Positions 29,992 through 38,368 of a DNA stretch of 64,000 nt are shown here, piece after piece. Under the pieces are notes generated by a model. That model was given only the letters and a program-made list of their open reading frames with translations, was not told the DNA's origin and did no database searches. The stretch is taken from NCBI GenBank assembly GCA_963735805.1, contig CAVTMK010000002.1, forward strand, positions 1,504,001 to 1,568,000, given 5' to 3'. A program made the translations under genes and the position numbers. Position 1 is the first letter of the stretch. Each line of letters starts with the position of its first letter. The DNA comes from an uncultured Verrucomicrobiae bacterium. Lineage in GTDB: Bacteria > Verrucomicrobiota > Verrucomicrobiia > Chthoniobacterales > UBA10450.

Positions 29992-30732
29992 ATGGCGAAG
30001 AAATTACGGCTTGATCAGCTTTTAGTCGGGAAGGGGTTGTTTCCAAGCCGCGAGCAGGCGCGGCGCGCCGTAATGGCCGGCGAGATAAAAGTCGGCTCCC
30101 GAATTGCGATGAAGGCGTCTGAACTCCTCGAAGAAGACGCGCCGATCTCACTAAAACCGGCGCAAAAATACGTCGGCCGAGGCGGGCTAAAGCTGGAAAA
30201 CGCTCTCGACTTCTTCAAGATCGACATACGCGGCAAAACGGCGCTGGATATCGGTGCCTCTACCGGCGGTTTCACGGATTGCATGCTACAACGCGGCGTG
30301 GAGAAAGTTTACGCGGTTGATGTCGGTCACGGTCAATTGAACTGGAAACTACGCAGCGATCCTCGCGTAATTGTTCTGGAAAAAATTAACGCGCGATTTC
30401 TATCACGTGAGCAGATTCCAGAACTTATCGATGTTTGCGTGATTGATGTTTCTTTTATCTCGCTGACCTTAATCTTGCCAAACGCATTCGATCTAATAAC
30501 TCCAACTGGCGTGATTCTCGCTTTGATCAAACCACAGTTCGAGCTGCAACGCGCGGATGTAGGCAGGGGTGGAATTGTTCGCGATCCGGAGCTACACCGA
30601 AAGGCCGGGGACAGGATAGTCGCATTTGTCATACATTCAGGCCACGTTGTCACCGGAATTGTTCCATCTGCTATTAAGGGTACAGACGGCAATCAGGAAT
30701 TTTTTGCATGCATCCGAAAACGATCGGCATAA
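29992..30732 (+). CDS. tlyA: TlyA family RNA methyltransferase
   Basis: S4 domain RLD, YVGRGGLKL, LDIGASTGGFTD, DVSFISL, KPQFE. Confidence 0.95.
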   Translation: MAKKLRLDQLLVGKGLFPSREQARRAVMAGEIKVGSRIAMKASELLEEDAPISLKPAQKYVGRGGLKLENALDFFKIDIRGKTALDIGASTGGFTDCMLQRGVEKVYAVDVGHGQLNWKLRSDPRVIVLEKINARFLSREQIPELIDVCVIDVSFISLTLILPNAFDLITPTGVILALIKPQFELQRADVGRGGIVRDPELHRKAGDRIVAFVIHSGHVVTGIVPSAIKGTDGNQEFFACIRKRSA

Positions 30733-31574
30733 TCGCTCACACAGGGAAACCGGGTGTTGGCGATCTGGTCAACGCAATCTCAAAGGAGTTCGATCGCTCT
30801 TCGATCACGACTTTGCTGGAAAAAGAAACAGCGCGTGTTGCTGGAAAGAAATCCGAGTATTCGATCGCAGAGCTCGGTGTTGCGGCGGATCTTCTGGTTG
30901 TAGCTGGAGGCGACGGCACGATTCTGCGCGTAGTGGGCCAGCTGGGCGAGATGATCAAACCGATCTTCGGGATCAACGTAGGTTCCCTTGGCTTTCTTAC
31001 CACGGCGAGTTCTGCGACGTATCGAGAGGCAGTGGAATGTCTGGCCAGAGACCGGATCAATTTTAGTCAGCGGGCGCTGCTTGAGGCCCGGGTTCGATTA
31101 GGTGAAAAACAAACGGCAAAAATGCTGGCACTAAACGACGCTGTGCTGAGCCGTGGCGAGCTCTCACGGCTGGTGCTGTTGCACACGCGGGTGAACGGCG
31201 AGCCGCTCACGGAGTTCAATGCAGACGGCTTGATTGTTGCGACGCCGACAGGATCGACGGCCTACTCATTGTCCGCAGGCGGCCCCATTCTCGATCCGGA
31301 ATCGGGGGTTTTTGTGATCACGCCGATTTGCCCGCATGTCCTGACGAACCGATCGATCATTGTCGCCCAGGACTCGACAATTGAGATCGAAGCCAGCGAT
31401 CCCGATTATCCGGTGTTCCTAACACTCGACGGCCGGAAACCGATACATGTCGAGCGAGGATCGGTAGTGACCATCCGCAAGGCGAAGAAGACGCTTCCAC
31501 TGGCGTCGCTGCCTGACACGTCGTTCTTCAGCGTGGTGAGACAGAAATTGAAATGGAGCGGGAGCAACCTTTGA
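30708..31574 (+). CDS. nadK: NAD kinase
   Basis: GGDGT, GSLGFL, LND, TPTGSTAYSLSAGGP. Confidence 0.95.
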   Translation: MHPKTIGIIAHTGKPGVGDLVNAISKEFDRSSITTLLEKETARVAGKKSEYSIAELGVAADLLVVAGGDGTILRVVGQLGEMIKPIFGINVGSLGFLTTASSATYREAVECLARDRINFSQRALLEARVRLGEKQTAKMLALNDAVLSRGELSRLVLLHTRVNGEPLTEFNADGLIVATPTGSTAYSLSAGGPILDPESGVFVITPICPHVLTNRSIIVAQDSTIEIEASDPDYPVFLTLDGRKPIHVERGSVVTIRKAKKTLPLASLPDTSFFSVVRQKLKWSGSNL

Positions 31575-31619
31575 ATTCGACAGGGCGGCCGCTGACCGTT
31601 CAATGGCCACCGTCGGCGG

Positions 31620-31653
31620 TAGATTGCACGTTGCAGCGTGATTCTAGTTAGGC
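31620..31653 (+). other. attI-like recombination site, copy 1 (core GTTAGGC)
   Basis: 27/32 identical to 32253-32284; ends in a GTTRRRY core 3 nt before the cassette ATG. Confidence 0.55.
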
Positions 31654-31656
31654 CTC

Positions 31657-32124
31657 ATGGAGATTCGGTCTGGCTCACCGTCGGATGCAGAGGCAATAGC
31701 TCGATTGATCGCCAGCTTTCAGAATGAGCTCACCGACGACCCGTCAGGAGCGGGCGCAGAAGCGTATCTCGCCTCCGTGTCTGCGCAAGCCGAGCGCGAA
31801 TATCTAAGCTCGCCACGCTATCGGTACCTCCTTGCGTACGCTGGTCCTCAGCTTGCTGGCTTCATCGCTATCCGAGACGGTTCCCACCTATTTCACCTCT
31901 TCGTCGAGCGTGCACACCAACGCCAAGGCCTCGCTCGCGCCTTGTGGGAGCGAGCATTGCACGAGTTGGGCTCTCCTGGGAGTCATCAAGGAGCTTTCAC
32001 AGTCAACTCAAGCCTTGCGGCAGTGCCGGTCTACCGGGCGTTGGGTTTCCTTCCTGCTGGGTCAATAAGAAGTGTCCATGGCATCTCGTTCCTTCCCATG
32101 CTGCGCCCAGGTTCACTAGCGTGA
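31657..32124 (+). CDS. GNAT N-acetyltransferase (gene cassette 1)
   Basis: HLFV...QRQGLA..L, VNSS..AVPVYRALGF; flanked by core and partial inverse core. Confidence 0.88.
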   Translation: MEIRSGSPSDAEAIARLIASFQNELTDDPSGAGAEAYLASVSAQAEREYLSSPRYRYLLAYAGPQLAGFIAIRDGSHLFHLFVERAHQRQGLARALWERALHELGSPGSHQGAFTVNSSLAAVPVYRALGFLPAGSIRSVHGISFLPMLRPGSLA

Positions 32125-32252
32125 GGCCTAGGCCTTCGGTGCCGGAGCAGTCCCCGATTGCAACTGAGATCTTATTGGGCACGATTCTTGCCGAAAAAGA
32201 CGTTGTTATGTCCCGGCGTTTTCCGTCCAACTGCCCTCTATGGAGTCAGAAA

Positions 32253-32286
32253 TAGATTGCAGATTGCAGTCTAATTCTAGTTAGAT
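32253..32286 (+). other. attI-like recombination site, copy 2 (core GTTAGAT)
   Basis: Repeat of 31620-31651; core at 32280-32286. Confidence 0.55.
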
Positions 32287-32297
32287 CGTGTCGACTC

Positions 32298-32708
32298 ATG
32301 CTCGCGAACATCGTGTTTCCAGCGTTCTTCGCACCATACGCGGTCAGCGCGCTTACCCCGTGGATTGGAGCAGTCGCGCTCGCCTGCGAGCTTCTTGTGT
32401 TCTTTGCGTTTCAAATCCGCTTTGCAGCTTGGTGGCTTATCATAATCGCGTTTCTCACCGCCAACTTTGTGTCGACCATCGTGGGATTTTTCCTATTTGG
32501 CTTTGTTATACCAGACGTTCCGCTCGGTCGAGTTTGGCTCATTGCATTCATTCCCGCGTATTTGCTCAGCGCCGTCATTGAGTATGGTGTGTATCGTGCG
32601 TTCACGCGCTGGCGTATGCTTGCCCGTCCATTCGTCGCAAGCGTTGTCAGCAACGCGGCGAGCTACTTTGTCATTGCGTTTTGCGTGTGGAGGGGCTGGG
32701 CTCGTTGA
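32298..32708 (+). CDS. Small membrane protein (gene cassette 2)
   Basis: 136 aa, about four hydrophobic helices, bracketed by core site and attC. Confidence 0.7.
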   Translation: MLANIVFPAFFAPYAVSALTPWIGAVALACELLVFFAFQIRFAAWWLIIIAFLTANFVSTIVGFFLFGFVIPDVPLGRVWLIAFIPAYLLSAVIEYGVYRAFTRWRMLARPFVASVVSNAASYFVIAFCVWRGWAR

Positions 32709-32711
32709 ACG

Positions 32712-32819
32712 ATCTAACCAATCGATGAAGCCTCTATCTTCTTTAAAGGTCCCATTTCGAGATAAGTCCAGCGTGCTTGCCACGACACCCTGCCGTGGCT
32801 TATCTCTGTCTAGTTAGGT
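32712..32819 (+). mobile_element. Integron attC site
   Basis: R'' ATCTAAC just after stop, L'' ATGAAGCC / L' GGCTTAT with one extra base, R' GTTAGGT; 108 bp; ACGATCTAAC complements cassette start GTTAGATCGT. Confidence 0.82.
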
Positions 32820-32960
32820 CACTAACGCCATCTCGGTTACTTAGACTAAGAGCGGCTGGAAAGCGCGATACCTCTCAAACTCTGGGGTCCGAGTTCCAAG
32901 CATGATCAATTCGTAGTATCGGGCATCGCGCCCATACAGTTACCGTGTAGGAAGGCAACT

Positions 32961-33422
32961 TTATCGGAAACCATACGCCAGCGCCCAATGCGTGCGGGCT
33001 GCTGGCGATGCCTCCACGCTAACGATGATAAAGTAACTGCCTGTGGTTTTCGGAATGATGTGCGCAGCCGCAAAGTGATCTTTCGCCCAACTGTCTGGTT
33101 GTTCCGCGAGTTCTCCGTCCGAATTATAAATATGAACGGACACCTTTGCATGATCGACTTCTGTTCCCAGCCAGAACCAATATTCATTCCCTTTGAACAA
33201 TTGTTGTCGCACCGCTTTCTTTTCACCCGAAGCGAGGTCGCCTGCCCAGTAATCCTCGCGTATCTGAAATCCTTTTTTTACATAGGGTTCTGCCGCCAGA
33301 ATAGCAAATGCCCGCGCGTACACTGTGTTGGGGTCCACTGAGGCGAAAATCGCAGACGGAAGCACAACGATGGCCGCCAATAGGGAGGTCGTACAGAGAA
33401 GGACCTTTGCGAAAGGGTTCAC
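32961..33422 (-). CDS. Hypothetical exported protein
   Basis: Signal-like N-terminus from GTG at 33422; co-oriented with upstream gene. Confidence 0.7.
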   Translation of the reverse strand: MNPFAKVLLCTTSLLAAIVVLPSAIFASVDPNTVYARAFAILAAEPYVKKGFQIREDYWAGDLASGEKKAVRQQLFKGNEYWFWLGTEVDHAKVSVHIYNSDGELAEQPDSWAKDHFAAAHIIPKTTGSYFIIVSVEASPAARTHWALAYGFR

Positions 33423-33432
33423 CCGAAATTTC

Positions 33433-34233
33433 TCAGTCTTTCTTGATGATGTCGTTGCCGAGCCGCGTAGTGATCTCGTTGACCTTCTTAACTGATTCGG
33501 CAGAAATGCGAGCATTACCGATATTGATTAGAGGCTTTACCTCCACCAAGGCGTCCTGAATTTGATGAACGATCGGAAGGTTAAGCTCGGACATCGCCTG
33601 CAGTCTTGTTTGAAAATAGGTCAGCAGATCCGGCTGATGCAGAAGCTCAGCGCCGTCGTTGGAGAAATGCTGTTTCACCACGGAGGTCAATACTTCCGTG
33701 CCCCTAAGCCACCCGCCCAGACTAACGAGCTGCGACAGCTTTTCATCGTGCACTTCGTTCATTGCCTGTTGAACGCTGCTTTGAGTGCGATCCAATTCCT
33801 GCCGCACATTTGCCCAATTGCGCTTGTTTGCCGCATCGATGATCGCCTTGGCGTGTGGCGTGATTGAATTTCCTGCGCCGATCCCCTTGGCCAATGCCAG
33901 GACGCGCTGGCCAATGTCTTTTACTGCAGGCGCATCCTCCGCTTGCACCGCGATAAAGCCATCGGCAATCACTGTCCCAAGCAAGAGAGCGATACGCGGT
34001 CGCTCGGTGAAATTGGGTTCTTCATCGGTGCGGACATGTTCCTTCCAGTTTACCGCAGCCAGCTTGTTCAGTGCCCCGAAAATTTCGTTCGGTAACGGCA
34101 CCACGACATCTTCTACAGTCGTGGTCAATTGGTTAATATTGACTTGCTGCGGAGCCTGCGCACCATGCGCACACAGGGCAAGGCCAAAGACCGCAGCTAC
34201 CATTGAGTTCAAACGTTTGCTAAACAGCATCAT
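33433..34233 (-). CDS. Hypothetical exported alpha-helical protein
   Basis: 266-aa ORF with signal peptide (AHG-A). Confidence 0.75.
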   Translation of the reverse strand: MMLFSKRLNSMVAAVFGLALCAHGAQAPQQVNINQLTTTVEDVVVPLPNEIFGALNKLAAVNWKEHVRTDEEPNFTERPRIALLLGTVIADGFIAVQAEDAPAVKDIGQRVLALAKGIGAGNSITPHAKAIIDAANKRNWANVRQELDRTQSSVQQAMNEVHDEKLSQLVSLGGWLRGTEVLTSVVKQHFSNDGAELLHQPDLLTYFQTRLQAMSELNLPIVHQIQDALVEVKPLINIGNARISAESVKKVNEITTRLGNDIIKKD

Positions 34234-34624
34234 TGTCAGCTTTCAATGTTGATTTCGAGTTCGTATTCAGGGAGTTAGTAACCGAACCTAAGCAGAACCG
34301 CTGCCCTACACAAATCCCTTACCTCTTTCTTGTTTGCGCCGTCACCGCTGCCTGCTGGGTGATTTGTTCAGATGACATATACTGTCAAGGAACTGGTGTG
34401 CGCGAGCTGCATGCCTGTTTTGGAGCTGAATGTTCATCTGGTCCAGCAGTTGAACTAACAGCAGATCATGTGCTGCACTCTGGACCATGTAGCATAGCCG
34501 CTGGTGTCCGCGCGGCGGAGCCGCGCGGACACTTGGGCTTGTCTAAAGACAAAATTGACACGTTCTCTTTTGTTTTCATAGGTAATGCACAAGCTGAACA
34601 TATGTTCAAAAAAGGGGGTGTAGC

Positions 34625-34930
34625 ATGAGTATTGGTGAGTGCGGAGTGTGCGGTAGATGGTGGTCGGGGACTTCGTTTCCGAGCGGAAACAAGCGGCCGG
34701 ATGGAAGCATCCCACTGGATAATTTCGTCTGTTTTCGGTGTCAGGAAGAGGCTTTGCCGCGGCGGGAGTGGCTCGCATCGCGTCGGGAGTGCGCTGTTGG
34801 ATCGTCGGGGCGTCCTTGGGATTGCGAGAGCGCTGATGTGGAGCGTGGGCGCGCGGAGCGTTTTCGGTCTCAGGCTCGGCGCAAGGTTGAAGTGTGGCAG
34901 ATGCCGGCAGGAAAAGGCCTTTCGGCCTGA
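34625..34930 (+). CDS. Small putative zinc-finger protein
   Basis: GGGGGTG RBS, CGVC...CFRC, upstream TTGACA and palindrome. Confidence 0.5.
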   Translation: MSIGECGVCGRWWSGTSFPSGNKRPDGSIPLDNFVCFRCQEEALPRREWLASRRECAVGSSGRPWDCESADVERGRAERFRSQARRKVEVWQMPAGKGLSA

Positions 34931-35158
34931 GAATTAAGACCGCACCATTGTGTGTTGAGCGGAAAGCCGATCGTGGATGGAAAGCACAGCGGGGTGTGGC
35001 GCGTGCGTTTAACCCACCTTACGTGCCGCTTCGCGTGTGGGCGGACACCAGCAAGTCTTTGAGGCACCGAATGCAAAACCAGCGGTTCAGTAACCACACC
35101 AAGCCCCGGACGTTCCATCTTTGACAGTGCGAACAGCGTTGGGGTGGTGAGGTTTCTT

Positions 35159-35590
35159 TCATGCGACTTGCTCAGTTCGGGTGTTGTGGCGTCGTTTTGC
35201 CGGTCTTTTGATCGGGACATCTTGCGCGAACTGGTTTTGGAGCGAGGCCAATTGTCCTTGGAGATTTGTTATTCGTTGTTCGAGGTCATGGAGTTGTCGT
35301 TTTTGTTCCATGCCCTTCGCACCGGCGATGGGATTTTCGTGTAGCGAGGTTGCGAGGTCGCGATGGATCTTCGCCCAGGATGATTGGCCTTGTCGGTGGA
35401 GTTGGAGAAGGTATCTGACGTGCTCTTCGAGATTCCAGATTGCATCAATTGCGATGTTGGCGGCGAAGTGCGCTTCGTGTGTGGGCGCGGGAATGAGGAG
35501 CACCATCTCTCGGCAGCGTTCGAGCTCGCGTAGCAGTCTTTCCGTGTCGAAGAGCCACGGGTTTGGTAGGAGCTCGGTCGGTCGGTGCAC
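35159..35590 (-). CDS. Hypothetical protein with C-terminal coiled coil
   Basis: 143 aa, heptad LHDLEQRITNLQGQLASL. Confidence 0.6.
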   Translation of the reverse strand: MHRPTELLPNPWLFDTERLLRELERCREMVLLIPAPTHEAHFAANIAIDAIWNLEEHVRYLLQLHRQGQSSWAKIHRDLATSLHENPIAGAKGMEQKRQLHDLEQRITNLQGQLASLQNQFAQDVPIKRPAKRRHNTRTEQVA

Positions 35591-35826
35591 GGGTGGGATT
35601 GTCGTTTTGGTTGGCGGCGGCGGCGATGGGGTAAAATGATTACTTTGTATACAACGAGCAATCTACTTGACTTTATATGACATATATTGTCTGATGTTAT
35701 AAGTAGGCTTGTTTGGGACACGCTCCGAGGCTTTCGGGCTCACTTCTTACCCACTGCTTTGGTATCGTCCGGAGACCAGCCCTGCCTGGCCTTGACGTTG
35801 CGCTCTCGGCTGATAGCGTCGGCCCG

Positions 35827-36321
35827 ATGAAGATTTCTCGCGCCGCATTAACGTCTTACGCGATTCTTGGTTTTTGCATGATTTTCACGAGTGCCGCTCC
35901 TGCCTATGCGGCCCGGGAAGAAGCGTCGGGAAGCATCCAGGAAGCGATGACGCCAGCAGAATTCAAGGCCGCTGGATTGAACAAGCTTTCGTCGGAGGAA
36001 CTACAAAAATTGAATGCGTGGCTTCAGGGCTACAGAGAAGTAGCTGAAAAAGCCGCTGCGAAGAAAGCCACGGCGGTCGCATCGCGCACGAAGCTCGATC
36101 TGCTTGTAAGCCGCGTCGATGGATCTTTCGATGGATTAACCGGCCGGACGATCATCCGCTTAGAGGATGGCACTGTATGGAAACAGGCCAATGCCGATGA
36201 CCGGTTTCGACCCAAGGTAACCGATCATCCAGCTGCGGTGGTTATTCACGGTATTTTTGGGTACAAAATGCAAGTTGAAGGGACCCAGGAGTTCTACGTC
36301 GATCCTGTTCGTCCTCGGTAG
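35827..36321 (+). CDS. Hypothetical secreted protein
   Basis: Signal peptide (AYA-A), MTPAEFKAAGLNKLS..EL..LN.W motif; TTGACG..TAGCGT promoter just upstream. Confidence 0.75.
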   Translation: MKISRAALTSYAILGFCMIFTSAAPAYAAREEASGSIQEAMTPAEFKAAGLNKLSSEELQKLNAWLQGYREVAEKAAAKKATAVASRTKLDLLVSRVDGSFDGLTGRTIIRLEDGTVWKQANADDRFRPKVTDHPAAVVIHGIFGYKMQVEGTQEFYVDPVRPR

Positions 36322-36506
36322 GACGGCTGTTGCTTTCCACAAGTCCGCCGAGAAAGTCAGGGCTGCGCCATCTCTGGGCCATTGGATGCAATATCTATTG
36401 GATTAGTTACTTAGTAGACTAGTTACGACATATTCGTGACAATCTTTGCAGGGTTTACCGCCCGAAGACGTGCCGGCGTGATAACGGTTCGGAGGTCTAT
36501 CTCCCT

Positions 36507-37007
36507 TTATTCCAAGGGAAGTTCGATACGTTCTTCCGGTCCCCGTGGAACAAGGCTGTTCCGGTCGATAATGCGTACGCACGTATTCCAGCGCAGGATC
36601 GCGTCATCGTAGCCAGGCGGACGAATCGATTCGGCTTTTTCGAACCAAGTCATTGCTTCACGCAAAAGATCGTACGCCTGGAACCGGCAATCGGGCGTGT
36701 TCTGACGCAATTTCATTTTGGCGCGGCGTTCGGCAACAATTCCCGAATAATACGCGTGGTCATACCCTGATTTCATCCGCGACAACAACTCCTTGGCTTG
36801 CGTGTCGCTGACGCCATAGCCCTTTTCGAAGCGATCGGTCAGGGCGAGCAGTAGCGTAATGACTGCCTCCTGATTTTCAGGATCAACATGGAGGATATCG
36901 AGGCAAATGCTCTCCGCTTCGCCGGGTTCATTGAGCAAGCGGTAGCGCTCGGCCTTTTCGAGCGCCGCGGGAATTGCATCTTTGTGGAGCGATTTTAGTT
37001 CGGCCAT
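36507..37007 (-). CDS. Conserved hypothetical helical protein downstream of sdhB
   Basis: 166-aa ORF, ALEKAERYRLLNEP..AESICLDIL, TPR-like. Confidence 0.75.
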   Translation of the reverse strand: MAELKSLHKDAIPAALEKAERYRLLNEPGEAESICLDILHVDPENQEAVITLLLALTDRFEKGYGVSDTQAKELLSRMKSGYDHAYYSGIVAERRAKMKLRQNTPDCRFQAYDLLREAMTWFEKAESIRPPGYDDAILRWNTCVRIIDRNSLVPRGPEERIELPLE

Positions 37008-37072
37008 GGGCGATACCGTAAATCGTTAAACCGTGAATCGGCCAGAAAGCAAACCGAATTACGAATCGCGAT

Positions 37073-37843
37073 TCACGAATTACGAGTCTCGATTGTAGAA
37101 TCACTCTTCCTCTTCAGCCATCTCCAGAGCCAACCTAACGGATCGTAAAAGTCGTCCACTACGCGTTCCTTCAGTGGAATAATTCCGTTATCGGTGATTT
37201 GAATGCTTTCGGGGCAAACCTTGGTGCAACATTTGGTGATGTTGCAATAACCGATCCCCTGCGTGCTTCGCAATTCCTCGATGCGATTCTCCGTGTCGAG
37301 CGGATGCATCTCCAACGCGGCGACATGAATCAAAAACCGCGGTCCAATGAATTTGTCGTGCATTTGGTGATCGCGCAGCACGTGGCAGACGTCCTGGCAG
37401 AGAAAGCATTCGATACATTTTCGGAATTCCTGGACACGATCGATGTCTTCCTGCTGCATCCGCCATGTGCCGTCGGGCGCGTCGGGCGGCCGAGGCTTGA
37501 ACGGCTTTATTTTCTTCTTCACGCGAAAGTTCCATGAGACGTCGGTGACCAGGTCTTTCACAATTGAAAACGCTTTTATCGGTTCGACTGTTACCGGTTT
37601 TTCCAGCGGGAGCTCGCTCAGTCGCGTCATACACATCAGTTTGGGCATTCCGTTGACTTCCGCCGAGCAGGAGCCGCACTTGCCGGCCTTGCAATTCCAT
37701 CGGCACGCCAGGTCCGGAGCCTGTGTTCGCTGGATATCATGAATCGCATCGAGCACCACCATGCCTTCCGCGACTTCGGTTGTGTAATCGCGAAATTCGC
37801 CGCCTTTGGCATTGCCTCGCCAGATTTTGAAGGTGGCTTTCAT
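37073..37843 (-). CDS. sdhB: Succinate dehydrogenase/fumarate reductase Fe-S subunit
   Basis: CKAGKCGSC, CIECFLCQDVC, CNITKCCTKVCP. Confidence 0.95.
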   Translation of the reverse strand: MKATFKIWRGNAKGGEFRDYTTEVAEGMVVLDAIHDIQRTQAPDLACRWNCKAGKCGSCSAEVNGMPKLMCMTRLSELPLEKPVTVEPIKAFSIVKDLVTDVSWNFRVKKKIKPFKPRPPDAPDGTWRMQQEDIDRVQEFRKCIECFLCQDVCHVLRDHQMHDKFIGPRFLIHVAALEMHPLDTENRIEELRSTQGIGYCNITKCCTKVCPESIQITDNGIIPLKERVVDDFYDPLGWLWRWLKRKSDSTIETRNS

Positions 37844-37852
37844 CGTAATTCG

Positions 37853-38344
37853 TCAAATCGAGACTCGTGAATCGTCGTCCGGTTCATCAATATCGTCATA
37901 GCGTGGCGACGTTTCTCGCACGGAAGCGGTGCCCATAGAATTCTTCCGGTCGCGTAGGTACCGGATGTAACCGTCAATCAGTTGCCGGACCCGCCAGCCC
38001 CCTTCCCTTATCGAAGCAATTTCTTCGACCGACAGGTATTTCTCATCCGCACAAACGTTAAGGTCGTCAATCAGCTCCTGCAAAGAGCCGCGCGACTGAC
38101 GCAGGAACTTCATTTGATCGAGGTAGTGATATCGACCATGTCCTTCTGCAATATTGTTCGTTAACGAAACAGCCGCTCTTCGAATCTGATTTGCGAGAGC
38201 AAATTTCTCGATGTCGGGCAATCGCCTTGCCACGCGATACATCGCTTTTCGAAATTCACGCGCGACTTGATAGACCTCCAAATCTTCGAAGGTCGAACGC
38301 CGATTTTCGTTCGCTGACGCCTCCACTTGTTCAGTCCGGTTCAC
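37853..38344 (-). CDS. Four helix bundle protein (23S rRNA IVP / Avd-like family)
   Basis: FEDLEVYQ, EKFALANQIRRAAVS..NIAEG, SRGSL.E. Confidence 0.92.
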   Translation of the reverse strand: MNRTEQVEASANENRRSTFEDLEVYQVAREFRKAMYRVARRLPDIEKFALANQIRRAAVSLTNNIAEGHGRYHYLDQMKFLRQSRGSLQELIDDLNVCADEKYLSVEEIASIREGGWRVRQLIDGYIRYLRDRKNSMGTASVRETSPRYDDIDEPDDDSRVSI

Positions 38345-38368
38345 AATTCACAATTCACGAATCTCGCT

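Larger units (their letters stand above)
34370..35702. mobile_element. Putative small integrated element bounded by dif-like direct repeats
   Basis: AGATGACATATACTGTC (34370-34386) vs ATATGACATATATTGTC (35675-35691), 15/17; dense hairpins; two small orphan ORFs. Confidence 0.5.

Noticed and set aside
32130..32250. Integron integrase remnant between cassettes
   Set aside because: No tyrosine-recombinase motifs recognised in the frames examined
34233..34628. 131-aa plus-strand ORF
   Set aside because: No RBS or motifs; it crosses the boundary repeat and hairpins, so likely non-coding
37853..38344. Diversity-generating retroelement (Avd-like gene)
   Set aside because: No reverse transcriptase or TR/VR repeat pair seen in the window
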